Part shown: in pieces, positions 9,187-18,037 of the stretch
Layout: each line of letters starts with the position of its first letter
Position numbering within the stretch: the stretch's first letter is position 1
From: an uncultured virus (IMG/VR IMGVR_UViG_3300042869_000764)
Taxonomy: Duplodnaviria > Heunggongvirae > Uroviricota > Caudoviricetes
Reading direction: 5' to 3' (one strand)
Length of the DNA: 64,000 bases
IMG/VR virus record: IMGVR_UViG_3300042869_000764
The notes under the pieces: model-generated
The model's input: the letters and a program-made list of their open reading frames with translations, nothing else
Told to the model about the DNA's origin: nothing
Database searches by the model: none
Position numbers and translations under genes: made by a program

Positions 9187-9505
9187 AATAACACAATCAG
9201 CGAAATCAAAGATTATGGATTTGCTGCTAGAAGAAAATAATCCCAAGCTGGCATTGCGCACCTTTGTGCAAGGTGGCGGTTGCAGTGGCTTCAGTTATGG
9301 CTTTACCTTTGACGAAACAAAGAACGAAGACGACTTTGAATTTCCTATCAACGAACAATACAACGTGTTTGTTGATGCAATGAGTATGCAATATCTACAA
9401 GGTGCTGTTATTGATTACAAAGAAGAAGCCATGGGCAGTCAGTTTGTTATTAGTAATCCCAATGCACAATCTACCTGCGGGTGTGGATCAAGTTTTTCAG
9501 TATGA
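9179..9505 (+). CDS. erpA: A-type Fe-S carrier (ErpA/IscA/HesB family)
   Basis: GGGCSGFSY and C-terminal CGCGSSF motifs. Confidence 0.9.
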   Translation: MVEITQSAKSKIMDLLLEENNPKLALRTFVQGGGCSGFSYGFTFDETKNEDDFEFPINEQYNVFVDAMSMQYLQGAVIDYKEEAMGSQFVISNPNAQSTCGCGSSFSV

Positions 9506-9579
9506 ACCCAAACAATTATCCAGTGTATCCAGATGATGACGGATACGACACTCCAAAGAATCCTTATAGCCCAGTATGA
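9502..9579 (+). CDS. 25-aa Tyr/Pro/Asp-rich peptide (not in ORF track)
   Basis: [29 protein letters not shown] overlaps at both ends. Confidence 0.6.
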   Translation: MNPNNYPVYPDDDGYDTPKNPYSPV

Positions 9580-9896
9580 GAGCAAGTGAATTTATAGTTG
9601 AAAGAAAAAAGAAACGTAAAAAGCCACGTTGGGCTGCTTACGGTCCGGGTCCTTACGGCGGTTATGGCTATGCTGTAGGTTATAGTGGAGATGGTGGAGG
9701 AGATGGTGGAGGTGTAGGAGAAAACTTTGCGGATGGCAAGAATCCTCAGGACAAAGGCGACAGCAAACGACACGGCATTAATACCAAAGCATCAGTAAGT
9801 AGTCTACGTAAAACTGCGAAACAAGGCGGGCGCAAAGGACAACTAGCGCACTGGCTAGCTAACATGAAAGCAGGTCGTGCTAAGAAGAATAAATAA
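9576..9896 (+). CDS. Basic Gly/Tyr-rich modular protein, putative internal head protein
   Basis: MRASEFIVE leader, RKKKRKKPR, YG-rich segment, VGE site then basic module. Confidence 0.65.
   Translation: MRASEFIVERKKKRKKPRWAAYGPGPYGGYGYAVGYSGDGGGDGGGVGENFADGKNPQDKGDSKRHGINTKASVSSLRKTAKQGGRKGQLAHWLANMKAGRAKKNK
9888..9895 (+). promoter_or_regulatory. Late promoter motif (AATAAATA), near-leaderless
   Basis: 5 nt before ATG 9901, no SD. Confidence 0.5.
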
Positions 9897-9900
9897 TAGT

Positions 9901-10086
9901 ATGAAAATACGTGAAATTGTAGAATCAGCAACAGCAGGCGCTACCAGTGCTGGTAACGTAGCTATAGGTGCGGTATACAAAAATAAACCCGGAAAAACGG
10001 CAAAAAACAAAGACGGAACCGCAAAAAACGCATTAGATCTCAAGGGAACTAATCTGTTAACTGGTGGGTCTTTGGTAAAAAGATAA
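9901..10086 (+). CDS. Small protein with MKIREIVE leader, putative internal head protein
   Basis: MKIREIVE-SATAGATSAGNVA..., Lys-rich. Confidence 0.65.
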   Translation: MKIREIVESATAGATSAGNVAIGAVYKNKPGKTAKNKDGTAKNALDLKGTNLLTGGSLVKR

Positions 10087-10089
10087 ATA
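10082..10089 (+). promoter_or_regulatory. Late promoter motif (GATAAATA)
   Basis: Upstream of SD TAGGA and start at 10116. Confidence 0.55.
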
Positions 10090-10115
10090 CATAATACACT
10101 TTTAGGAATGTGAAC

Positions 10116-10973
10116 ATGGACTTCAAATCGTTAATCAGCAAAATAGAAAGTATCGACGGCAAAATCGATACTCCAAAAGCACCAGAGCTGCCAAAATCTG
10201 TGCAATTAAATGAAGACGCACAACTGCGTGTTCTAAGTGGCCGCACTACCTACGTTGCTGAAGCTAAGAAAAAAGCTGAAGAAGACGTTAAAGAAGCGGA
10301 CGACATGAAAGTAGGCGATAAGAAAAACATTGCTACTGGCACTGTTGAAAAAACAAAAACAGGCATTGTTCACAAGAGCAGCAAGGCCTATGGTGGCAGT
10401 GAAGAAAAAGAAGCTGATGACGAAGACAAGCCAAAGAAAAAAGCCAAAAAAGAAAGTGTAGAACCAGAATTTAAAAGCAAATTCATGAAAATGGTAGAAG
10501 CCAAGAAAGATGAAGCTGCTGATAAGAAAAAGAAAATGGCCAAGAAAGAAAAAATGGCAGAAGGATCTAAGCCAGATTTCCTAGACCTCGACAAAGACGG
10601 CGACAAGAAAGAGCCAATGAAGAAAGCTGCCGGTGAAAAGGGCGGCGACAAGCCAGCTAGCAAGAAAGGTATGAGCGACAAGCAGGCCAAATACTTTGGT
10701 AAGAAAAATGAATCAGTAACAACTTCTAAGAAAGTAGTTGCTGAATCAGTAGAAACAAAATTATCTTTCAAACAAATGGTTCAACTGGTTCAAGAAAGTG
10801 GCGGCCAGCAACAAATTGATCCTGTAGACAAAGCTCTGTTTACATGGGCAGAGCGTGTAGCTCGTAACAAACTAGGCGAAGGCATGAAAGCAGACTTATA
10901 CGCAGGGTTGGTCTATGAACGCAACGGTGGCGTATTTGAAATGTATGATGTACTAAGCGAAGCACAAAAGTAA
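10116..10973 (+). CDS. Lys/Glu-rich putative prohead core/internal protein
   Basis: Many hydrophobic-x-E sites (LNE, VAE, VKE, MVE, MAE, VQE, LSE); DLDKDGD EF-hand-like loop. Confidence 0.6.
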   Translation: MDFKSLISKIESIDGKIDTPKAPELPKSVQLNEDAQLRVLSGRTTYVAEAKKKAEEDVKEADDMKVGDKKNIATGTVEKTKTGIVHKSSKAYGGSEEKEADDEDKPKKKAKKESVEPEFKSKFMKMVEAKKDEAADKKKKMAKKEKMAEGSKPDFLDLDKDGDKKEPMKKAAGEKGGDKPASKKGMSDKQAKYFGKKNESVTTSKKVVAESVETKLSFKQMVQLVQESGGQQQIDPVDKALFTWAERVARNKLGEGMKADLYAGLVYERNGGVFEMYDVLSEAQK

Positions 10974-10990
10974 TTCAACCAAAAAGTGTT

Positions 10991-11023
10991 AAAAAGCCAG
11001 TCTATCATTGACTGGCTTTTTTT
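10991..11023 (+). terminator. Intrinsic terminator (possibly bidirectional)
   Basis: AAAAAGCCAGTC-tatcatt-GACTGGCTTTTT plus T run. Confidence 0.85.
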
Positions 11024-11036
11024 ATGACTATATAAT
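11008..11036 (+). promoter_or_regulatory. Sigma70 promoter for the replication module
   Basis: TTGACT-17 bp-TATAAT. Confidence 0.8.
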
Positions 11037-11056
11037 AGTCGTATAGGAGAGAACAA

Positions 11057-11317
11057 ATGTCAAAAATGTATGGACCGGAAGAAAAAGCCAAACTCGAAAG
11101 ATTAATCAACGAAGGATCTAATGTGCTTCGTGAAGTAGAAGATCTCAATGAAGGTCTTAAAGAAACTGTTAAAGCTGTCGCAGAAGAATTACAAATCAAA
11201 CCCAGTTGGATCAACAAAGCCATACGTATCGCACACAAAGACAATTGGAAAGACCATGAGGCAGAGTGGAGCGAGATTGAAATGATTCTCGGTGTTACTA
11301 AAAAACTTCCTGAATGA
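11057..11317 (+). CDS. Small dsDNA-binding protein (T4 DsbA/GapR-like)
   Basis: Helical 'LKETVKAVAEELQIKPSWINKAIRIAHK' pattern, size 86 aa. Confidence 0.55.
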   Translation: MSKMYGPEEKAKLERLINEGSNVLREVEDLNEGLKETVKAVAEELQIKPSWINKAIRIAHKDNWKDHEAEWSEIEMILGVTKKLPE

Positions 11318-11604
11318 ATGAATTATTAAAACCAACTTTTGATTGGATCAGAGATGACTGGCACAGCAATCGCTTCCGTTTTGTTGTTGAGCTGCTTGCC
11401 TGGGCTGTTAGTATCGGCTGCTCAATCACTATGGCGCTTACAGTTCCCAATCCGCCTTTACTTGTGTTGTATCCTATTTGGATCGCTGGCTGTGCCATGT
11501 ATGCTTGGGCTGCTTATACTCGGAAATCGTTTGGCATGTTGGCTAACTACATCTTGCTAACCGCAATTGACACATTCGGCCTAGCAAGAATGCTAATTAA
11601 TTAA
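11314..11604 (+). CDS. Small membrane protein
   Basis: Three hydrophobic segments. Confidence 0.7.
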   Translation: MNELLKPTFDWIRDDWHSNRFRFVVELLAWAVSIGCSITMALTVPNPPLLVLYPIWIAGCAMYAWAAYTRKSFGMLANYILLTAIDTFGLARMLIN

Positions 11605-11621
11605 ATAAAGTAAGAAGGTAG

Positions 11622-11666
11622 GCGGGCCATAAACCGCACATTGGTATTTGCAAGCCTAAAATTGCA
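11622..11666 (+). promoter_or_regulatory. Tandem hairpins in the polymerase leader (putative translational operator)
   Basis: GCGG-gccataaa-CCGC and TGCAA-gcctaaaa-TTGCA directly before SD TAGGAG. Confidence 0.55.
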
Positions 11667-11677
11667 TAGGAGAAAAA

Positions 11678-14347
11678 ATGAGTTTCGTGGACGCATACTA
11701 CGATCGCGACGATGACATGATACGTGTTGTTGAGCGTGACGACAAAGGGCAGAGGCATTTCAAAGACTATCCTGCCAGACATATATTCTATTACAACGAC
11801 CCCAAAGGCAAGTTCCAATCCATTAAGCGTGAACCTCTTAGCCGTGTAAGTTCAAAGAATGTCAAAGAACATCGCAAAGAACTTGCCATACATTCAAACA
11901 AAAAACTTCACGAAAGCGATATTAATCCCATATATCGTTGTTTAGAAGACAATTATCTCAATCAAGATGCACCTAAGCTAAATGTAGCGTTTTTCGATAT
12001 TGAGGTAGACTTTGATCCAGAACGTGGCTATGCATCACCAGATGATGCGTTCATGCCAATTACTGCGATTGCTGTCTACCTACAATGGATGGAGACCATG
12101 GTGTGTCTAGCCATACCTCCCAAAACACTCAGCATGGCAGAAGCCACCAAGCAGGTTGAAGAATTTCCCAATACCATGCTGTTTGACAACGAAGCAGACA
12201 TGCTAAACACATTCTTGGATCTCATACAAGATGCTGATGTGCTGAGTGGTTGGAACTCGGAAGGCTTTGATATTCCATATACTGTTAATCGTGTTACCAA
12301 GGTTCTCAGTAAAGAAGATACCAAACGTTTTTGTCTATGGAATTGTTTGCCTAAGAAACGAGAATATGAAAAGTTCGGTAAAACTGCCACTACATATGAC
12401 TTCATTGGCCGTGTGCATATAGACAGTCTTGAACTTTATCGCAAGTATACCTATGAAGAACGTCACACCTATCGATTAGATGCTATTGCCGAATATGAAC
12501 TAGGTCAGAGAAAGACTCAGTATGAAGGCACATTGGATCAATTATACAACAACGATTTTAAAACATTCGTTGAATACAATATCAACGATTGTAAACTGTT
12601 AGATGATCTAGATAAGAAACTGAAATTTATTGACTTAGCCAATACAATTGCACACGAAAACACAGTGCTGTTAGCAACTACTATGGGTGCAGTGGCTGTG
12701 ACTGAACAAGCTATCATCAACGAAGCTCATCGCAGAGGTATGATAGTTCCTAATCGCAAAAAAATGGAAGAGCACGGAGACACTCAAGCTGCTGGTGCCT
12801 ACGTTGCATATCCCAAGAAAGGTATACATGAGTGGATCGGCTCGCTAGATATTAACTCACTGTATCCTAGTGCTATTCGGGCTTTGAATATGGGTCCTGA
12901 AACCATCGTAGGTCAGTTGAGACAGGATGGGACCAAGGATTTTATTGCAGCAGAAATGTCAAAAGGAAAATCATTTGCGTCCGCTTGGGAAGGCATATTT
13001 GGTAGTCTTGAATATTCCGCTGTGATGAATCGAGAAGTGGGTCGTGAAGTCACTGTCGATTGGGAAGGTGGCGGCTCGGATACGCTAAGTGCGGCTCAGG
13101 CCTATGATCTTATATTTGACAGCAATCAACCTTGGATGATCTCAGCCAACGGCACTATATTCACATATGAAACTGAGGGTGTTATATCCGGACTGCTAGC
13201 ACGTTGGTATAAAGAACGTAAAGAAATGCAGGCCAAACTGCGAGAATGTATCCAGGCCGGCAACAAGATTGAAGAAGAATACTGGGACAAGCGACAGTTG
13301 GTCAAGAAGATTCTACTAAACAGTCTGTATGGTGCAATTTTAAATCCAGGCTGTAGATTCTTTGATAACAGAATTGGACAGTCCACAACTCTCACCGGAA
13401 GACAAATTGCCAAACACATGGCATCAAAAGTAAACGAAATTATCACTGGAGAGTATGATCACATCGGTCGAGCAGTAATCTACGGTGACACAGACTCTTG
13501 TTATTTTTCAGCGTATACTACCTTGAAAAAAGACATTGAGAAGGGACTGATTCCCTGGAACAGAGAATCAGTGGTCGAACTTTACGATACCATAGGAGAT
13601 ACGGTCAATGGCACATTTGTCAAATTCATGCAGGACGCATTTCATGTCCCTCGAACCAGAGCCGAGGTCATCAAAGCAGGTCGCGAAATTGTTGCAAGCA
13701 AAGGACTGTTCATCACCAAAAAGCGATACGCAGTTCTCTACTACGACAAAGAAGGCAAACGAGCAGACACAGAAGGCAAACCAGGAAAAATTAAAGCGAT
13801 GGGGCTTGATCTCAAGCGTTCAGATACCCCGGTTGTTATACAAGACTTCTTGAGTGAGGTGCTGACTAAGACACTAACTGGTGTGACCAAAGAAGAGATC
13901 CTGCAATATATCACTGATTTTCGCACAGAATTTAAAACTCGACCGGGTTGGGAAAAGGGCTCGCCTAAGCGAGCCAACAATATCACAGAATACGCTGCCA
14001 AAGAAAAAAAAGCAGGCAAGACTAACATGCCCGGGCATGTTAGAGCTTCATTGAATTGGAACACTCTCCGGCGTATGATGGATGACAAATACTCCATGCA
14101 GATTGTAGATGGCATGAAAGTAATTGTATGCAAGATCAAAGACAATCCTATGGGGCATACTTCCGTGGCCTATCCTGTGGATGAACTGAGATTGCCGCAG
14201 TGGTTCAAGGATCTTCCTTTCAACGATGCAGAAATGGAAACCACTGTGATAGATGAGAAGTTAGGAAACCTTATTGGTGTTTTGGAATGGGACATCAGTT
14301 CAACAAGGTCGGATAATACATTTAACAAACTGTTTGATTTTGAGTGA
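11678..14347 (+). CDS. Family B DNA polymerase (T4 gp43-like)
   Basis: Exo motifs FFDIE, GWNSEGFD, YNIND; pol motifs DINSLYPS, KILLNSLYG, YGDTDS. Confidence 0.95.
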   Translation: MSFVDAYYDRDDDMIRVVERDDKGQRHFKDYPARHIFYYNDPKGKFQSIKREPLSRVSSKNVKEHRKELAIHSNKKLHESDINPIYRCLEDNYLNQDAPKLNVAFFDIEVDFDPERGYASPDDAFMPITAIAVYLQWMETMVCLAIPPKTLSMAEATKQVEEFPNTMLFDNEADMLNTFLDLIQDADVLSGWNSEGFDIPYTVNRVTKVLSKEDTKRFCLWNCLPKKREYEKFGKTATTYDFIGRVHIDSLELYRKYTYEERHTYRLDAIAEYELGQRKTQYEGTLDQLYNNDFKTFVEYNINDCKLLDDLDKKLKFIDLANTIAHENTVLLATTMGAVAVTEQAIINEAHRRGMIVPNRKKMEEHGDTQAAGAYVAYPKKGIHEWIGSLDINSLYPSAIRALNMGPETIVGQLRQDGTKDFIAAEMSKGKSFASAWEGIFGSLEYSAVMNREVGREVTVDWEGGGSDTLSAAQAYDLIFDSNQPWMISANGTIFTYETEGVISGLLARWYKERKEMQAKLRECIQAGNKIEEEYWDKRQLVKKILLNSLYGAILNPGCRFFDNRIGQSTTLTGRQIAKHMASKVNEIITGEYDHIGRAVIYGDTDSCYFSAYTTLKKDIEKGLIPWNRESVVELYDTIGDTVNGTFVKFMQDAFHVPRTRAEVIKAGREIVASKGLFITKKRYAVLYYDKEGKRADTEGKPGKIKAMGLDLKRSDTPVVIQDFLSEVLTKTLTGVTKEEILQYITDFRTEFKTRPGWEKGSPKRANNITEYAAKEKKAGKTNMPGHVRASLNWNTLRRMMDDKYSMQIVDGMKVIVCKIKDNPMGHTSVAYPVDELRLPQWFKDLPFNDAEMETTVIDEKLGNLIGVLEWDISSTRSDNTFNKLFDFE

Positions 14348-14355
14348 TTTCTAGG

Positions 14356-14384
14356 TTGATTTTTTCTCAAGATCTAAATATAAT
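14356..14384 (+). promoter_or_regulatory. Sigma70-like promoter (overlapping TAAATA)
   Basis: TTGATT-17 bp-TATAAT. Confidence 0.6.
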
Positions 14385-14407
14385 CTTAATATACAGGAGA
14401 ATTCTTA

Positions 14408-15145
14408 ATGAAAGATATTTTACAAGACATCGTTAGCCACACACAGAACCTCGGCTTCTTGACCACAGTTAAAGTCACAGGCACAGACAAAGGCACAACT
14501 ATTAACTCAATGGCAGATGACCGTTCAGTGATCATGGAAGCAGAAACTGCTAATCCGTATCCAGATATGATTGGTGTGTTTGGCATGCCGCAACTGAACA
14601 AGTTGAAATATCTGTTGGAAGGTGCAGAATACAAAGAAGGTGCAAAGATCAGTATCACCACAGCAGAACGCAATGGCGAAACTTTGCCAGTAGGTCTACA
14701 CTTTGAAAACAAAGACGGCGACTTCAAGAACGACTATCGCTTCATGAATCAAGAAATCATCAATGAAAAGATGAAGACTGTGAAGTTTCGTGGTGTTAAG
14801 TGGGATGTTGAAATCGAACCATCAGTGACTTCTGTGATTCGTTTTAACTTTCAAGCAGGTGCTAACTCAGAGCATCCCACATTCCTTGCTAAAACTGAAG
14901 GCGGTAATCTTAAATTTACATTCGGTGATGCATCAACACACGGTGGTGAGTTTGTGTTTGCACAGAATGTTGCAGGCAAATTAGATCGCGGTTGGACTTG
15001 GCCAGTTGCTCCGATCTTGAGCATACTTAAGATTTCAGATACCAACACTGCTAAGATGTCGTTGAGCAATGAAGGTGCTATTCAGATCACTCTAGATAGC
15101 GGACTAGCAACTTACAAATATATTATCCCAGCACAGGCTGCTTAA
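14408..15145 (+). CDS. Probable DNA sliding clamp (gp45/PCNA-like)
   Basis: 245 aa, two-domain alpha/beta pattern, directly after the polymerase; no diagnostic motif. Confidence 0.55.
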   Translation: MKDILQDIVSHTQNLGFLTTVKVTGTDKGTTINSMADDRSVIMEAETANPYPDMIGVFGMPQLNKLKYLLEGAEYKEGAKISITTAERNGETLPVGLHFENKDGDFKNDYRFMNQEIINEKMKTVKFRGVKWDVEIEPSVTSVIRFNFQAGANSEHPTFLAKTEGGNLKFTFGDASTHGGEFVFAQNVAGKLDRGWTWPVAPILSILKISDTNTAKMSLSNEGAIQITLDSGLATYKYIIPAQAA

Positions 15146-16756
15146 ATGAAACCACCAGTTAATCTAACACCATTACAAAAGGACTATGCAGTATATCTGC
15201 CGGCAATTAGTTCTTTTTATTCTACCTATGTTGCAAAACAGCGACTAGAAGAGTTTGTACCAAAGGATCGTATTCCTGCAGGCTTTGATCAAGGAATTGA
15301 AGGAATGAACTTTCTTAATCCAGATCAAGGATACTTTACCTATAAGTATGCTCTGTATTCAGCAGGACACGCTCAACTTGATGTTATCAAAGCACAGGAT
15401 CAAGAATCCATGATACAACAGCGTGATCGCGGACAAACAATGATTTTAGGCGACTCCGGTGGTTATCAGATCGGTAAAGGTGTTCTCAAGTTTGATTGGT
15501 TGAACTTTGAAGGTGCAGAAGCTACCAAGACACGTCAAAAGATTCTTGAATGGCTAGAAGCAACTGCTGATTGGTCAATGATGTTAGACGTGCCTACATG
15601 GGCCTGTGATCACATCCACAGTCCGAAGACTGGATTGAAAACATTCGAAGACTGTTTAGAAAAGACTCGTTATAATAACAAGTATTTTCTAGATAATCGG
15701 TTGGGAGCTACCAAGTGGCTTAATGTATTGCAAGGCGGTGATTGGGATACTGCAGAAAAGTGGTATCGTGGCGTTGTAGAGTTCAGCGATCCCAAAGGAC
15801 CATTTGCAGGAAAAGAAGCAGAAGGTTGGGCATTTGGTGGTGCTAATATGTGTAAGATGGATATCACACTCAAACGTCTAATGACCATGCGTGACGAAGG
15901 AATGCTAGACGGCAAGAACTGGATTCACTTCTTGGGCACAGCACAATTAGATTGGTCATGCTATCTAACTCAAATTCAACGTCAGATCCGTAAACACATC
16001 AATCCAGAACTCACAATCAGTTTTGACTGTGCAAGCCCGTTCATTGCTACTGCTCACGGACTTGTTTACACAAATGCACAACATACCAACAAGCGTTGGT
16101 CAGTGATCATGGACAAGGCTCCTGATAATAAAGCACTTTCAGGACGATTTGATATTCCGTTTCCTTTTGAAAGTGAATTCGGAAGCCGTTTGACCATGGG
16201 CGATATTGCATATTACAATTACGGTGTTCGTAAGACAGATGCCGAACTCGGAGATGTTAAGTTTAATCACTTGAATCCAGAACACTATCACGAAGTTCCG
16301 AGACTTAACAAGCTAGGTAAGATTCCAAACAAGACTAGTTGGGATAGTTTCAGTTACGCACTAATGATGGGGCATAATGTCGAATGTCATATCAAAGCGG
16401 TGCAACGTGCTCAACAGTTAATGGATATTGAATGTGCTAGGTTTACTCCAGACTGGCGTATGAAGAGCATTGAAGGCAAGAAAGAAATTGAATTCAGCGA
16501 TTGGGTTCCAAATAAAATTCTTTACTTCGGTACATTTGTTGAAGAACTATTCAATACCAAAACCAAAGCAGAAGCGTTTGATATGATTGAAACTGGTGCG
16601 CAGTTCTTGAAATCACTAGAAGGTTCACGTTTACAAGGCGGTCCTGCTGCTAACACATTTGGTAACTTATTTGATTTCGATGATGGTAAGAAAGCAGGCG
16701 AAATTGATTTTGCCAATCCAGACGATGACGAATTAAACAGTTTGGTTGTAGAATAA
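15146..16756 (+). CDS. dpdA: TGT-fold guanine transglycosylase, DpdA-like (DNA 7-deazaguanine insertion)
   Basis: GDSGGYQ, LDVP, VLQG, GWAFGG, HFLG, SFD motifs; context with folE/queE; no CxCxxC zinc site of tRNA TGTs. Confidence 0.75.
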   Translation: MKPPVNLTPLQKDYAVYLPAISSFYSTYVAKQRLEEFVPKDRIPAGFDQGIEGMNFLNPDQGYFTYKYALYSAGHAQLDVIKAQDQESMIQQRDRGQTMILGDSGGYQIGKGVLKFDWLNFEGAEATKTRQKILEWLEATADWSMMLDVPTWACDHIHSPKTGLKTFEDCLEKTRYNNKYFLDNRLGATKWLNVLQGGDWDTAEKWYRGVVEFSDPKGPFAGKEAEGWAFGGANMCKMDITLKRLMTMRDEGMLDGKNWIHFLGTAQLDWSCYLTQIQRQIRKHINPELTISFDCASPFIATAHGLVYTNAQHTNKRWSVIMDKAPDNKALSGRFDIPFPFESEFGSRLTMGDIAYYNYGVRKTDAELGDVKFNHLNPEHYHEVPRLNKLGKIPNKTSWDSFSYALMMGHNVECHIKAVQRAQQLMDIECARFTPDWRMKSIEGKKEIEFSDWVPNKILYFGTFVEELFNTKTKAEAFDMIETGAQFLKSLEGSRLQGGPAANTFGNLFDFDDGKKAGEIDFANPDDDELNSLVVE

Positions 16757-16765
16757 GGAGTTGAT

Positions 16766-16993
16766 ATGTATCAAAATAGAATCAAGCATCTAGAAGAAGC
16801 TCACCGTGCTTTGGACAAACAGATAGACAGTATGGAAAAAACTGGTATCTTTGATGACCTAAAAATAGAAGAATTGAAGAAACAAAGGTTGCGTTTAAAG
16901 GATGATATTGTTATACTTAAACACAAGCACGAAGCAGTGATGCAAGAAGCGCAGGCAGAACAAGAAGCAAGAAGAAATGGACTAGAACTATGA
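16766..16993 (+). CDS. DUF465/YdcH-like coiled-coil protein
   Basis: HRALDKQI...LKKQRLRLKDDI. Confidence 0.65.
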   Translation: MYQNRIKHLEEAHRALDKQIDSMEKTGIFDDLKIEELKKQRLRLKDDIVILKHKHEAVMQEAQAEQEARRNGLEL

Positions 16994-17136
16994 AATGCGA
17001 CACATGCAGGCAAGAAATCACAGTTAACTGTGATTGGCAACAAGGTCGTTGTCCGCATCGAACTCCATTCTTAACCGACTATCATTTTCGATTTCTTAAT
17101 CTAATCCGATCAATTCAAAATTTATTTAAAAAATGA
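16990..17136 (+). CDS. Small Cys-rich protein (48 aa, not in ORF track)
   Basis: MKCDTC...CDWQQGRCPH; ATGA overlaps at both ends. Confidence 0.65.
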   Translation: MKCDTCRQEITVNCDWQQGRCPHRTPFLTDYHFRFLNLIRSIQNLFKK

Positions 17137-17666
17137 AAAGAAATTACGATTCAGGTGTTGCTGATAGCATTACCTTCTTCACCGGCGTAGAGATTGAACA
17201 TACTCCTGCCTACGGAATGAAAACACTGTTTGTTGTAGGTGTGCATGATCCATATATTATTATGGAATTGGCTCGTAACAACAGGTGCAAACATATTTAC
17301 TTTGGTGCTAATCAAAGTTTTAAGACTAATGGTGTTAACGATACAGAAACATGGCGTCCTTGGGAAGATATGATCTATGTCTGCTTAGATGCAGAGGACG
17401 AATTTTGGTGTACCTTAGACTTTGATGTTCGTGAAACGGAAGGATTGCTTGAAAGTGGTCTTACCGAAAAGCGTAGATTTATTCCGCAGATTAGTGTAAA
17501 ATTACCTTATATTAATCAACTAGGCTATAACGCTACGCTGAAAATTGATGACAAAGACTTTAAAGCAACTAATCACGGAGTGTGGTGCCATAACCTCCAT
17601 GACCTACTAGATAGAAATAAGTTTACTAGTTGGGATCAATATGGTAAAGATGAGATTATCAAATGA
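17133..17666 (+). CDS. Hypothetical enzyme-like protein in the deazaguanine cluster
   Basis: Coupled ORF; EHTP, HIYFGANQSF segments. Confidence 0.7.
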   Translation: MKRNYDSGVADSITFFTGVEIEHTPAYGMKTLFVVGVHDPYIIMELARNNRCKHIYFGANQSFKTNGVNDTETWRPWEDMIYVCLDAEDEFWCTLDFDVRETEGLLESGLTEKRRFIPQISVKLPYINQLGYNATLKIDDKDFKATNHGVWCHNLHDLLDRNKFTSWDQYGKDEIIK

Positions 17667-18037
17667 GTGGTGGCTACGCAGTAGCATCGGTGACAAAGGT
17701 TCCAAGAATCCGCGGTGCTAATAAAATTAATCGTGCAAGAAGTGTAGTAGAAAAGAAACCTATGAAATTAACATTTAAACAAAAAATTCGCAACTGGCTA
17801 ATGAACGACGAAGAAGATTACAGTAATCAGCTTATTTCAGTTGACAGCGAAGGCCCAAACATTGCATCACAAGGTTTTCGACTAAATGTCTATGGCGCTA
17901 GTGGCGGTACTATCATTGAAACTACCAAGTATGACCGAAAGAACGATGAGAATCGACACAGTCTACATGTGGTCACTGAAGATAAAGATCTCGGTGAAGA
18001 ATTATCTAAAATTATAACCATGGAACAACTAAGATGA
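17663..18037 (+). CDS. Hypothetical protein
   Basis: Coupled ORF. Confidence 0.7.
   Translation: MSGGYAVASVTKVPRIRGANKINRARSVVEKKPMKLTFKQKIRNWLMNDEEDYSNQLISVDSEGPNIASQGFRLNVYGASGGTIIETTKYDRKNDENRHSLHVVTEDKDLGEELSKIITMEQLR

Noticed and set aside
9686..9716. GGAGATGGTGGA micro-repeat
   Set aside because: Explained by the Gly-Asp-Gly-Gly low-complexity coding sequence
15146..16756. Queuosine tRNA-guanine transglycosylase (tgt) for tRNA modification
   Set aside because: Lacks the CxCxxC zinc site, is highly divergent and sits in the replication operon, so a DNA-acting DpdA-like role fits better, though it is not proven
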